Positions 19,964 to 29,693 of a stretch of DNA of 64,000 nt are shown here, piece by piece. The translations under genes and the position numbers were made by a program. Each line of letters starts with the position of its first letter. Positions within the stretch are counted from its first letter, which is position 1. The notes below the pieces were generated by a model. It saw only the letters and a list, made by a program, of their open reading frames with translations, was not told where the DNA came from and ran no database searches. Source of the DNA: Candidatus Latescibacterota bacterium (GTDB lineage Bacteria; Latescibacterota; UBA2968; UBA8231); NCBI GenBank assembly GCA_965206595.1, contig OZ242214.1, positions 4,864,001 through 4,928,000 on the forward strand, read 5' to 3'.

Positions 19964-21289
19964 CTACAGGTCGATCTTCTCGAACTGGGGCAGCCACTTC
20001 CGGTTCTTGCGGAACATCTCCCTCACCATGTCGCGCGCCTCGGCCAGCGACAGCTTCGCCGCGGTCAGCGGATCGTGGGCGATCGCCTGGTAGACGAGCC
20101 CGGCGTCTCCCTTGAGGCAGCCTTCGACCGCCATCATCTCGATCTGGGCGCTGAGGCCGGTGAGCATGGCGCACTGCGGCGGCAGGCTGCCGACGCGGAT
20201 CGGCTCGAACCCCTTGCGGCTGGCGACCACCGGCACCTCGACGCAGGCGCCCTGCGGCAGGTTGTCGACGAGCCCGTCGTTGGCGACGTTGCCGTTGAAC
20301 TCGTAGATCTCCCCACCCATGCGCGCGTTGATGATCGAGGCCGCGTACTCGTGGCCGCGTTCGAGCGGCACCTCGTCCTCGGCGAGCCAGTCGCGGACCG
20401 ACTGCTTCCACGTCTTCTCCCGCTTGCGGTACTCCTCGAGGATGTGGGCGAAACGCCCGGGGTTCCAGCCGGTGCTGCCGGTGCAGTAGCGCTCGATGAG
20501 ATCGGGCCGCTTGCGGAACCACCAGTTGTATTCCGAGTTGTGGCCGCTCGATTCGGTGACGTAGCTGCCCAGCGCCAGGAACATCTCGTTGCGGACCTTC
20601 TCATGGTCGTACACCGCCCTGTCGGTCGTCACGACCTTCCTCAGCTCCGGGTAGAGGTCGCGGCCGCGGTGCTGCAGCCTGAGGTACCAGGCCATGTGGT
20701 TGATCCCGGCACACTGGTAGTCCATCTCCCCCGGCTCGAGGCCGAGCCAGCGCTCGATCATGGCCGCGGTGCCCTGCACCGAGTGGCACAGGCCGGTCAG
20801 CTCGATGGAGGTTTCGCGCTGCATGGCGTGGCACAGCATCGCCATCGGGTTGGTGTAGTTGAGCATGATCGCCCGCGGGCAGAGCTCCTCCATGTCGCGG
20901 GCTATGGCCACCATTTCCGGGATCGTGCGCAGGGCGCGGAAGATGCCGCTGGGGCCGCGCGTGTCCCCGACGTTGGTGTCGATGCCGTACTTCTTGGGGA
21001 TGAGGATGTCGTGCTGCCAGACGCTGGTGGCGCCGCGCAGGATGGTGACGCAGACGGCGTCCGCCCCCGCCAGGGCTTCGCGGCGGTCCGTCGTCGCCGT
21101 CAGCCTGGCCCCGTACCCGCCCTGGGCGATCAGCTTCTCGCAGGCGCGGCGCGCGAAGTCGAGCCGCTGCTTGACGATGTCGACGAGGGCGATCTCGCAG
21201 TTCTCGAGGCGCTCGAAGCTGAGCAGATCGCGGACCAAGTTGCGGGTGAAACCGAAGCTTCCTGCTCCGATGAAGACGACCTTTGTCAT
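19964..21289 (-). CDS. melA: GH4 alpha-galactosidase/alpha-glucosidase
   Basis: [47 protein letters not shown]; start at MTKVV. Confidence 0.88.
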   Translation of the reverse strand: MTKVVFIGAGSFGFTRNLVRDLLSFERLENCEIALVDIVKQRLDFARRACEKLIAQGGYGARLTATTDRREALAGADAVCVTILRGATSVWQHDILIPKKYGIDTNVGDTRGPSGIFRALRTIPEMVAIARDMEELCPRAIMLNYTNPMAMLCHAMQRETSIELTGLCHSVQGTAAMIERWLGLEPGEMDYQCAGINHMAWYLRLQHRGRDLYPELRKVVTTDRAVYDHEKVRNEMFLALGSYVTESSGHNSEYNWWFRKRPDLIERYCTGSTGWNPGRFAHILEEYRKREKTWKQSVRDWLAEDEVPLERGHEYAASIINARMGGEIYEFNGNVANDGLVDNLPQGACVEVPVVASRKGFEPIRVGSLPPQCAMLTGLSAQIEMMAVEGCLKGDAGLVYQAIAHDPLTAAKLSLAEARDMVREMFRKNRKWLPQFEKIDL

Positions 21290-21550
21290 TGCAGATTCTC
21301 CAATCTCTTTGCGAAGGGGGATTCGATGCCCGTACACACTGCTCCGAGGTGAATTCGGCCGCAGCTGCCTCTCGAGGCGAAAAAAAACCTCGTACGGCCG
21401 GCCCCTGAGGATGGCGGCGGCCCGGCGAGAGACCCGGGCCTGATCGCGGTTCAGTCCAATCCAGGATCATCCGTGCGATTTCCCTCGATCCGGCCTCGGG
21501 CCGTTCGCACGCTGACCGCGCCCGCAGGCACCGGGGGCCGGGTCCGATTA

Positions 21551-23983
21551 TTACCGCCGCTCGGCCCCGACCGGCCCGAAGTCGAAACGGGCCAGGCTGA
21601 CTCCGGCGCTCCAGCCGGGCCGGTCAAGCCGCCGGGTGAAGTCGAGGCGCAGCAAATTGTACAGTATCAGGGAAGCCCCCGCCTCGTGGCGGAAGCCGTC
21701 CTTGTAGCGCGGATCGTAGCCCAAGGCCGCCAACCGCTCCGGGCCGATCCACGTCCTCCCCGAAGCCCCGTGCACCACCAGCCCCGTTCCGCGCCTGGCC
21801 CAGCCCCACAGCCCCAGCAGCTCGAAGGGGGTGCTCTTGAAGTTGTGCTCCCAGTACAGGGCGGCGTACCGCTCCCCCTCGAAAGGGTGGCCGCGCACCG
21901 TGCGGAAGGTGCCGAAGGGGGAGAAGAAGGCCATGCCGGCCTCCAGAGCCCCGAAACGCTGCGGCGGCAGCTCGCCGAGGGAGTACCCCGCCACCAGCCT
22001 GACGTCGAGGGCGTTGGGAGCGGAGCGGCGTCTGAGGAAGGTCTTGAAATGCCCGTCGAGGACCAGGCGCACCCGGGTGAAGGAGAAGGCGCCGCCCAGG
22101 CCCTCGGAGCCGTGCTCGACCCTCGCTTCGAGCCGGCGGTTGGCGGTCAGACCGAACGGACGGTACGGCCCGCCCCACGCGAACCCCGCCTCCAGCGAGC
22201 GCAGCCGCCCTTCCTCGATTTCCGGATTGGGGCGGCTCCAGTCCCGGCCCAGCAGGTTGGAAGCGGCCGTCTCCTGCAGGGAGGAATGCGCTTCGTCGTT
22301 GAAGCCGAGCTCCAGGCCGACACGGCGCGGCAGCGAAAGCCCGACCCGGTAGCGCAGGCCTTCCTTTCGGTAGTAGTCGAAGTAGTCGTCGAGCCCGAGC
22401 AGGCTCTGGGCGCTGTTGAGCAGCAGGGGATAGCTGTCCGAGGGTATGCGGGGGACCGGGCCTCTCCCGTACTCGACGGCCGCGCCGCCCGCTCCCCTGT
22501 GCCATTCGACCCTGCCTGAAAAAGAGACCCGTTTCAGTCCGGCGTCGTAGCCAGCGCCGGCGGCCGCCTCCAGTCCGCCTCCCAGATCCCGGCGCCCCTC
22601 GAGCCCGAGGTGCGCCCCTGCCACCCGGTCGTAGCGCAGCTCCGGGTTCAGGCCGGCCAGTCCCGGGAGGCGGGACCGCCCCATCCGCTTTTCCGTCCCC
22701 GGCCGGACGGGCCTCTCCTCCTCCGGCTCGCCTCCCTTCTCCCGGGGCTCCGGCACCAGGAAGCGGGCGAGAAACCCGGTGGGCCGGAACGCCCGCTCGA
22801 AGCGCAGGGTGCTGTCGATGGTGGCGTACGCCGTCTCTTCCCGCGCCGACAGGGGCACCTTGTCGGCCAGCATCGCAAAGGAGCTGTCCTGCGCCACCGC
22901 CAGGGAGTCGACCCGCAGGACTTCCTCCCCGGCATAGAGCGAATCCGGCATATCGACGTTGACCTCGTACTCTCCCAGCCGCGTCACCAGGTTGTACCTC
23001 GCCGCGGGAAAGTGCAGTCCTACCACGCCGACCTTCACCTTCATGGAAGCCCGGTAGTCGACCGGCAGCCACACCCCTTCGGCAAAGCCGCGGAACTGCT
23101 GGCGCCAGGCGATATCCATCCGCTCGATCACCGGCAGGGGAACGGCCGAGGTCACCGACGCCCGGCTCGGCGCCAGCTCCGCCTCGAGCAGGGCGAACTC
23201 TCTGTCCAGCACGGAGACGCGGCCGGCCAGGGCGGACTGCAGCCTGTTCCTCGGCTCGACCGAGATGTCGAACACCACCCGGTCGTCGAGGTAGCGCCGG
23301 CCCACCAGGCGGAAGCGGTACTGCTCGAGGGCTTCGGGATGGGTCGGACCGATCAGTTCGTGGCCGATGAAGGGGATGTCGTCGTCGTAGAAGTTGACGA
23401 ACCCCTGCAGGGCGGAGACGTATCCCGCTTCGGGGCCCTGGTTGCGGGTCGCGCGCCGGGACTTGACCACCTCGCGCAGGCCCCGCTCGCGATCCCAGTA
23501 GATCTCGGAGGCCAGCTCGCCGATCAGGACGATCTCCTCCTCGTTTTCGAGAACCCGCCGGGTGTAGGCCTGGGCCCGGTAGCTGGCCAGCGCGGGACGC
23601 CACGCCTGCTTGCGGCGGATTACCTCGCGCATGATGCGCACGGCCGGATCCTCCGCGGTCACCACCACCGGCTCGAAGCGGAAGGGGACCGGAGTCAGGG
23701 CGAAGTCGATCCGCCCCGGGGCCGCGGTAAGAACGCTGTCCCGGGAAGCGTAGCCGATGTAGCTCACCTTCAAAACGGCCGGCAGCCGCCGCACCTCGAG
23801 CAGGTACTCCCCCTCGTCGTTGGATACGGTGCCGCGGTAGGTTCCGGCCAGCTGCACGGTAGCCGCGGCCAGGGGCTGCCCGCTGGCCGCGTCGAGGACC
23901 GTGCCGCGCACCAGCCACGGCTGTGGATGGGCGCCCGCAACCGACAGCAGCGAGGCGAGGAGTGCCAGTCTGAAGTGCCTCAT
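21551..23983 (-). CDS. Carboxypeptidase-regulatory-like domain + DUF5686-type outer membrane beta-barrel protein
   Basis: Signal peptide MRHFRLALL..., VRGTVLDAASGQPL...SYIGY, C-terminal amphipathic strands. Confidence 0.75.
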   Translation of the reverse strand: MRHFRLALLASLLSVAGAHPQPWLVRGTVLDAASGQPLAAATVQLAGTYRGTVSNDEGEYLLEVRRLPAVLKVSYIGYASRDSVLTAAPGRIDFALTPVPFRFEPVVVTAEDPAVRIMREVIRRKQAWRPALASYRAQAYTRRVLENEEEIVLIGELASEIYWDRERGLREVVKSRRATRNQGPEAGYVSALQGFVNFYDDDIPFIGHELIGPTHPEALEQYRFRLVGRRYLDDRVVFDISVEPRNRLQSALAGRVSVLDREFALLEAELAPSRASVTSAVPLPVIERMDIAWRQQFRGFAEGVWLPVDYRASMKVKVGVVGLHFPAARYNLVTRLGEYEVNVDMPDSLYAGEEVLRVDSLAVAQDSSFAMLADKVPLSAREETAYATIDSTLRFERAFRPTGFLARFLVPEPREKGGEPEEERPVRPGTEKRMGRSRLPGLAGLNPELRYDRVAGAHLGLEGRRDLGGGLEAAAGAGYDAGLKRVSFSGRVEWHRGAGGAAVEYGRGPVPRIPSDSYPLLLNSAQSLLGLDDYFDYYRKEGLRYRVGLSLPRRVGLELGFNDEAHSSLQETAASNLLGRDWSRPNPEIEEGRLRSLEAGFAWGGPYRPFGLTANRRLEARVEHGSEGLGGAFSFTRVRLVLDGHFKTFLRRRSAPNALDVRLVAGYSLGELPPQRFGALEAGMAFFSPFGTFRTVRGHPFEGERYAALYWEHNFKSTPFELLGLWGWARRGTGLVVHGASGRTWIGPERLAALGYDPRYKDGFRHEAGASLILYNLLRLDFTRRLDRPGWSAGVSLARFDFGPVGAERR

Positions 23984-24252
23984 CCCCTGACCCTCCGCGA
24001 GCACCCCACCCGGGGCTGGCCTGCATGCAACCTTGCCCGGAGCCTGTCCATGCAATCCATCAGTTTGTGCCGCGGGCACCGTTTGAACTGATATCGTGGT
24101 GCGCGTGGGGACCACAGCGAGGGCCTGTCCTCGCCCCGGGGTCCGCAGCTTCCGTCGAGGTCGTTGCGGGGAAGGGGATCTTGCGGGAGTATTTCGCCGA
24201 CCGCAGGGTGAGCCATTCATCCTGAAACCAAACCTACCAGGAGAAAACCGGA

Positions 24253-24591
24253 ATGTATTCGATTTTCGTCACCATCGACGTCAACCCGGAACACGTCGAG
24301 GAGTTTACGCAGGCCAGCTTCGGAGACGCCCGGGGCTCGGTCCGGGACGAGCCCGGCTGCTTCCGGTTCGACATCAACCAGGACCAGGAAATCCCCAGCC
24401 GCTTCTACCTCTACGAAGTCTACCGCGACGAAGAGTCGTTTCAGGCCCACCTCGAAACGCCGCACTTCAAGGAGTGGATCGGCACCGTCAAGCCGATGTT
24501 CGCCGGCGAGCTCGAGAAGGTGTCGATGAACACGGTGTTCCCCTCCGACTCGGGGTGGGAGCAGCAGAAACCCGGGCTTGTGAACTGGTAG
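24253..24591 (+). CDS. ABM/LsrG-like (putative quinol monooxygenase) protein
   Basis: DEPGCFRFD...FYLYEVY...AHLETPHF. Confidence 0.85.
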   Translation: MYSIFVTIDVNPEHVEEFTQASFGDARGSVRDEPGCFRFDINQDQEIPSRFYLYEVYRDEESFQAHLETPHFKEWIGTVKPMFAGELEKVSMNTVFPSDSGWEQQKPGLVNW

Positions 24592-24759
24592 CGATCCGCT
24601 GCCTCGAGGTTGCCGCCGCGGAAGGCCGCCGAAAGCCCTCTCGGCAAGCCGCGGTTCCTGCTATGGAGAATCGCGCCATGGCCGGAGACGGGGCGCCCAG
24701 GGACAACCGGTAAACCGTAAAAAAACACCGCGCCGGGACCTCCCCCGGGCCCCGGACCA

Positions 24760-26401
24760 CTACCCTGACCGGCTGCGGGCCGCCTCGAAGAGGGCCCTCG
24801 GCCCCGGTTCCATGATCTGCGGCGGCAGCGCCACCGGCACCTCGATCAGCGCCGGCATCTCCGCCTCCAGCGCCTCCGACAGGGCCCGCCCCAGGCCTCC
24901 GACCTCGGTGACGCGCCGGGCCTCGACCCCGAACGCCCTGGCGAGGGCCACGAAATCCGGGTTGCCCACATCGACGGCGTGCCTGCGGCCAAAGCGATGG
25001 ACCTGCTGGGGCCGCAGGGCGCCGAAGCCGTTGTCGTTGAACAGCAGAACGACGACCGGCAGGCCGGCTTCCGCGGCGACCGCCAGCTCCTGGCAGTTGA
25101 ACAGGAACCCGGCGTCCCCCGAAAGGCAGACGACCGGCCGCCCGGGACATGCCAGCTTCGCCCCGATGGCCGCGGGCAGGCCGAAACCGAGGGTGCAGAA
25201 CCCCCAGGGATAGATGTTGCGGCGCGGCTCGTAGAGCTCGAGCAGGCGCCGGCACCAGTACGCCGCCACGGTGAGATCGCTGACCAGGACGGCGTCGCGC
25301 GGCAGCCCTTCCTGCAGGGCGGCGACGAGCTCCACCCCTTTCCGGGGCCAGCTCGCGGCAGTCGGCGACGATCCCCTTCCTCAGGGCGGCGACCTCGGCC
25401 GCGCGGGAACCGGACTCGAGGCCGGCAAGCCGGGCGCCCATGGCGCGCAGGGACTCGCGGGCGTCCCCGACCACGGCGACGGTGGCCGGGTAGTTGCGGC
25501 CGATCTCTGCGGCGTCGACATCGAGGTGAATCAGGGTTTCCGGGAGGCGCAGTTTCCAGCCGAGGGTTTCCTCTTCGGTGAAGCGGGTGCCGACGGCGAG
25601 CACGACGTCCCGCCGCGCCAGGAACTTCTGCGCCAGCGGGTGCAGGATGGCGGTGCCGGCCGCCAGGGGGTGGTCCTCCGGGAGCGCTCCCTTACCCAGC
25701 ACCGTTGTGAACACCGCGGCTTGCAAGGTCTCGGCCAGCTGCCGCAGCTCGGCGCTCGCGCCGCTGGCGATCACCCCGCCGCCGGCCCAGATCACCGGGG
25801 ATTCTGCCGCGCCTAGACGATCCGCAGCGGCCTCGACGGCCGCATCCCCCGGCTGCAGCCGCTCGACCTGAAGAGGCCCACAGATCTCCGCTTCCCCGGC
25901 GGGATCGAGGACGTCGCAGGGGATCTCGAGCGCCGCCGGACGCGGGCGGCCGCTGCTCATGCCGGCGAAGGCCTCGCGCAGCAGCCCCGGGATGGCGGCG
26001 ACCGAATCGGCGCGCCCGCACCAGCCGCTGACCGGGCGGAAGCAGGCGAGCTGGTCGCTGCACTCGTGCAGGTAGCCCTTCTCCTTGCCGATGCCGGCGG
26101 CCGGGATCTGGCTGGCGATGCAGAGCACCGGCGAGGAATCGCTGTATGCCGTTCCCAGCGAGGTGATCGTGTTGAGGGCGGCCGGCCCGGAGGTGACGAC
26201 GCAGACGCCGGGGCGGCCGCAGGCGCGGGCGTAGCCGTCGGCCATGAAGGCGGCCCCCTGCTCGTGGCGCGCCAGGACGTGGCGTATCGGCGCCTCGATC
26301 AGGGCGTCGTAGAGAGAGAGGTTGTGCGCCCCGGGGAGGCCGAAGACGGTGTCGACGCCGTGCGCCGCGAGGGCGGCGGCGACCGCCTCCCCCCCGGTCA
26401 T
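24760..26401 (-). CDS. TPP-binding acetolactate-synthase-like enzyme with a +1 frameshift at ~25339
   Basis: MTGGEAV...RHEQGAAFMADG...TSGP in one frame and GDAGFLF...NDNGFG in the next. Removing one A from GAAAGGGGTG restores ELAPEGVELV. Confidence 0.82.
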
Positions 26402-27669
26402 GCGCGGCTGCGTCCGTTGGGCAGGGTGTTGAACAGCAGCTTGAGGTAGAACAGCGGGCTGGTGAGCTCTTCCTTCGGCGTCGCGTTGGCGATCATGGCG
26501 CAGATCATGTCCCTGACCCTCTCGCTCCTCGCCGCCTTGCCGATGACGAAATTCAGCAGCGGCCGCCAGCGCCCGAGGTTCTGCATACGCGTGCTCGTCT
26601 TCAGTTCGTCGCCGAGGGAGTCCCACAGGCGGTCCTCGTAGCGCTTGAGGAAAGCCTCGCTGAAGTCGCCGGCACGCTTCGCCTCGACCGCGGTCTCGAT
26701 TGCGAACTTCGCCGAGTAGAGGGCGTTGCCTATCCCCTCGCCGGTGAACGGGTCGATCAGCCCGGCGGCATCGCCGAGCAGCAGGACGCCGTCCCCGTGC
26801 GCCTTCCGCCTGGTGCTGCCGATCGGCAGGTTCCAGCCGACCGGCTTCTCCAACGGCCGCGCCGCGGCGAAACGCTCGGCGAAGGGAGGCCGGGAGATCA
26901 CCTGCTCCAGGGCCATCCTCAGGTCGACCTTCCTCTCCTTCATCGACTCCTGCAGCATGCCGATGCCGATGTTGGCGAAGCCGTTCTCCAGGGGAAAGGC
27001 CCAGAAGTAGCCGGGGATGACCTCGTCGACGAAGTGGAGCTCGATCTGGCTGTCGAGTCCTTTCACGTTCTCGTAGTACTGCCGGATCGCCACCACCCAG
27101 TGGCGGCTGTCGTGGGAATAGAGGCCGGACTGCCGGGCGACGATGGAGCCGAAGCCGTCGCACCCGAGCACGAGGTCGGCGCCGATCTCGACCACGGATC
27201 CGTCCTCGAGCCTGCCGGTGACCCCGGTAACGGAGCCGTCGCGCCGCGACAGCCGCGTGACCTGGAATCCCTCGTGGCACTCGTCGGCGGCCGCCTTCGC
27301 CTCCTGGAACAGGAAGTCGTCGAAGATCTCCCGCCTGATCACCGAGCCTTCCATCTTGATGTCGCGGCCGGTCGCGGTGTCGTGCAGGGGGCGCGTCGAC
27401 AGGTCGATGCTGGCGTTTTGGTGCCTGGGGCTGCCGAAGATGACCCTGTCGATGCGGGAACCCGGAAGCTCCCTGACCTGGTCGAGCAGTCCCAGGTCGA
27501 GCAGGACGGCCAGCGATTTTCCCGAGAGGGCGTCGCCGCAGACCTTGTCGCGGGGGAAACGGGCGCGGTCGACGAGGCAGACCGACAGGCCGTGTTTCCT
27601 GGCGTACAGCGCCGCCGTGGCACCGGCGGGTCCGCCGCCGACTACGACGAGGTCCAGGGAAGTTTTCAA
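26398..27669 (-). CDS. Geranylgeranyl reductase family FAD oxidoreductase
   Basis: GGGPAG, FPRDKVCGD, GYFWAFP, GDAAGLIDPFTGEGI. Confidence 0.88.
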   Translation of the reverse strand: MKTSLDLVVVGGGPAGATAALYARKHGLSVCLVDRARFPRDKVCGDALSGKSLAVLLDLGLLDQVRELPGSRIDRVIFGSPRHQNASIDLSTRPLHDTATGRDIKMEGSVIRREIFDDFLFQEAKAAADECHEGFQVTRLSRRDGSVTGVTGRLEDGSVVEIGADLVLGCDGFGSIVARQSGLYSHDSRHWVVAIRQYYENVKGLDSQIELHFVDEVIPGYFWAFPLENGFANIGIGMLQESMKERKVDLRMALEQVISRPPFAERFAAARPLEKPVGWNLPIGSTRRKAHGDGVLLLGDAAGLIDPFTGEGIGNALYSAKFAIETAVEAKRAGDFSEAFLKRYEDRLWDSLGDELKTSTRMQNLGRWRPLLNFVIGKAARSERVRDMICAMIANATPKEELTSPLFYLKLLFNTLPNGRSRA

Positions 27670-27850
27670 GCAGGATTTCCGGGTGGTTTCTGCGTGGGGT
27701 CGGGGAACTTACCGGGCGGCTCCGGGACGGTCAAGCCGGCCGCGGCCGGCTGCAGGCCGGGGTCAAAAGCTGTCTCACCTGGGTTGATGATCATGTTTTC
27801 GGCGTCGGTTTTTTCGACCCCTTTCCACCGTCCTTCAGGCCGCGCGCGAC

Positions 27851-28534
27851 CTATCTGCGCAGGACCCCGATCTCCCGGGTGGTCGCGTCGCAGTACCACA
27901 GCTCGCCGTCGCGCGCCGTCATCCCGTGCACCTCGTCCGGCTCGTTGACGCGGAACACGTCGCAGATCCTGCCGCCCCGGTCGAGGTCCATCAGGATCAC
28001 CGTCCCGGCGGAGGTGTCGGACACCCACAGTCGGCCCTCCTCGTCCCAGGCGATGCCGTGGACCCGGAGCCCCCCGGTGGGAAACTGCTCGACCTCCTGC
28101 CAGGTCTCCGCGTCGATGACGTGCAGCCGCTGCGTCGGCGGGGCCGCGGCGTAGATCCTGCCGTCGCGCCACTCCAGCCCGTGCGAGCTCGACTCGCGGG
28201 GGTTCTCGGCAGCCTCGGCAGAGGCCACCAAACCCCTGCCGGGATCGGGATGGCGGGCCAGGGTCTCACCGGTGAGGGGATCGGCCTTGACGATCTCCAG
28301 CCCGAAGGTCGAGCTGATCCAGAGGGCGCCGTCGTCGCCCATGGTGATGCCGCTCGAATGCGCTGTCTCCGTGTCGATCTCGTGCAGGACCGCGCCGGTG
28401 TCCCAGTCGACCTTCTGCGCCTTGAGCGATACCTGGTCGATGATCCACAACCCGTCCTCGGCCGCATGCAGGCCGTTCGGCTGCGGGCCCGGACTGAGAA
28501 AACGCTTTTCAACTTTTGCGGAATACGTTGCCAC
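27851..28534 (-). CDS. Beta-propeller protein (glutaminyl cyclase/NHL-like)
   Basis: Repeated (H/N)GL/I-x-W-x-DG-x-LW blades. Confidence 0.65.
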   Translation of the reverse strand: MATYSAKVEKRFLSPGPQPNGLHAAEDGLWIIDQVSLKAQKVDWDTGAVLHEIDTETAHSSGITMGDDGALWISSTFGLEIVKADPLTGETLARHPDPGRGLVASAEAAENPRESSSHGLEWRDGRIYAAAPPTQRLHVIDAETWQEVEQFPTGGLRVHGIAWDEEGRLWVSDTSAGTVILMDLDRGGRICDVFRVNEPDEVHGMTARDGELWYCDATTREIGVLRR

Positions 28535-28699
28535 TTCTCTCCCTTTCGCTTGTTCCGAGACGCTCCCGGATGTCTCCTCTCACCCGGGGATCGGACATCC
28601 TCCCGACTGTGCATTGACTCCCGGAGATCCGCAACGGCTACAGGTTGCCGAACCGCTCCGTTTCACGAAAATCATGCCCGGGCTACGGGGACGGGGCCC

Positions 28700-29548
28700 C
28701 TATCGTCGCGGCTTCGGAAGCAGTTCCTGCCTCCACTCGTCGATGATCTCCCCGTCTGCCGAGACCGCCTCCCCGAGAATGGTCGAATCCTCGAGAGCGA
28801 ATCGCACATAGCTCTGCCGCTCGTCGAAGGCGATCCTGTACTCGCCCGGCTTTTCGTCCATGTCGTCGAAGAAGATATCGGAGGCGCTCGTCATGACCTG
28901 CGTCAACCTCCTGCAGCGGGCTCGCTCGTAGGCGTGCAGGTGACCGCACAGGTACAGGTCGACGCCCGCCTCGAGCAGCATCGGAAGCAGTAAACCGGTG
29001 TCCCCCGGTTCCTTGTCGCGAAGCACGGAGTGTTCGAGCAGCCAGGATGGAACCAGAACCGGATAGTGCCCTGCCACTACCGTGCATCGCGCCCGCCTCG
29101 CCGCCCGCAGATCCCGCCGCAGCCAGCGCGCCTGCGCCCTGTCGGAAAAACCGCCGCGATGCCTGCCGTCGAGGACATCGAGGATGGCGACATGGACGCC
29201 GCCGATCGTTCTGGCATGCCAGGTCCGCCGACCCTGGCGTCCGACTTGGCGCAGATACTCCTCCGATGAAGGACTGGATCCGGTCTGATCGTGGTTGCCG
29301 ACAGTCGATATCAACGGGCACAGCCTCTCCAGGGGCTTGGTGACGCGGTGATAAGCCGCCCACATGAGGGCGACTCTCTCGGCTTCCTCCGGTTCGTCGG
29401 TCACGGCGCCGGCCACGTGGTCGCCGCCGTCGATGACGAAGTCGGGTTTTTCAGCGGCGACCCGCTCGATCAACAGACGCCGACGCTCCTCGTGCTCGCG
29501 GTCGTCCGGTTTCAGCTGCAGGTCGCTGACGAAGATCCAGCGCGCCAT
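28700..29548 (-). CDS. Calcineurin-like metallophosphoesterase
   Basis: SDLQ, GGD, GNHD, GHYP, GHLH motifs. Confidence 0.85.
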   Translation of the reverse strand: MARWIFVSDLQLKPDDREHEERRRLLIERVAAEKPDFVIDGGDHVAGAVTDEPEEAERVALMWAAYHRVTKPLERLCPLISTVGNHDQTGSSPSSEEYLRQVGRQGRRTWHARTIGGVHVAILDVLDGRHRGGFSDRAQARWLRRDLRAARRARCTVVAGHYPVLVPSWLLEHSVLRDKEPGDTGLLLPMLLEAGVDLYLCGHLHAYERARCRRLTQVMTSASDIFFDDMDEKPGEYRIAFDERQSYVRFALEDSTILGEAVSADGEIIDEWRQELLPKPRR

Positions 29549-29693
29549 GGGTCTCCTCTCCGGGGCATTCCGGTTTCGAGAACTCGGGACGATCACTTCG
29601 ACTCCTCAGGGCACGAAGAACCGGAAGCACTAAAGTAGCGAGTACGCCTGGAACGGGAACCGCACCATCAGGTTCCCGGAGGTTCACTCTCTC

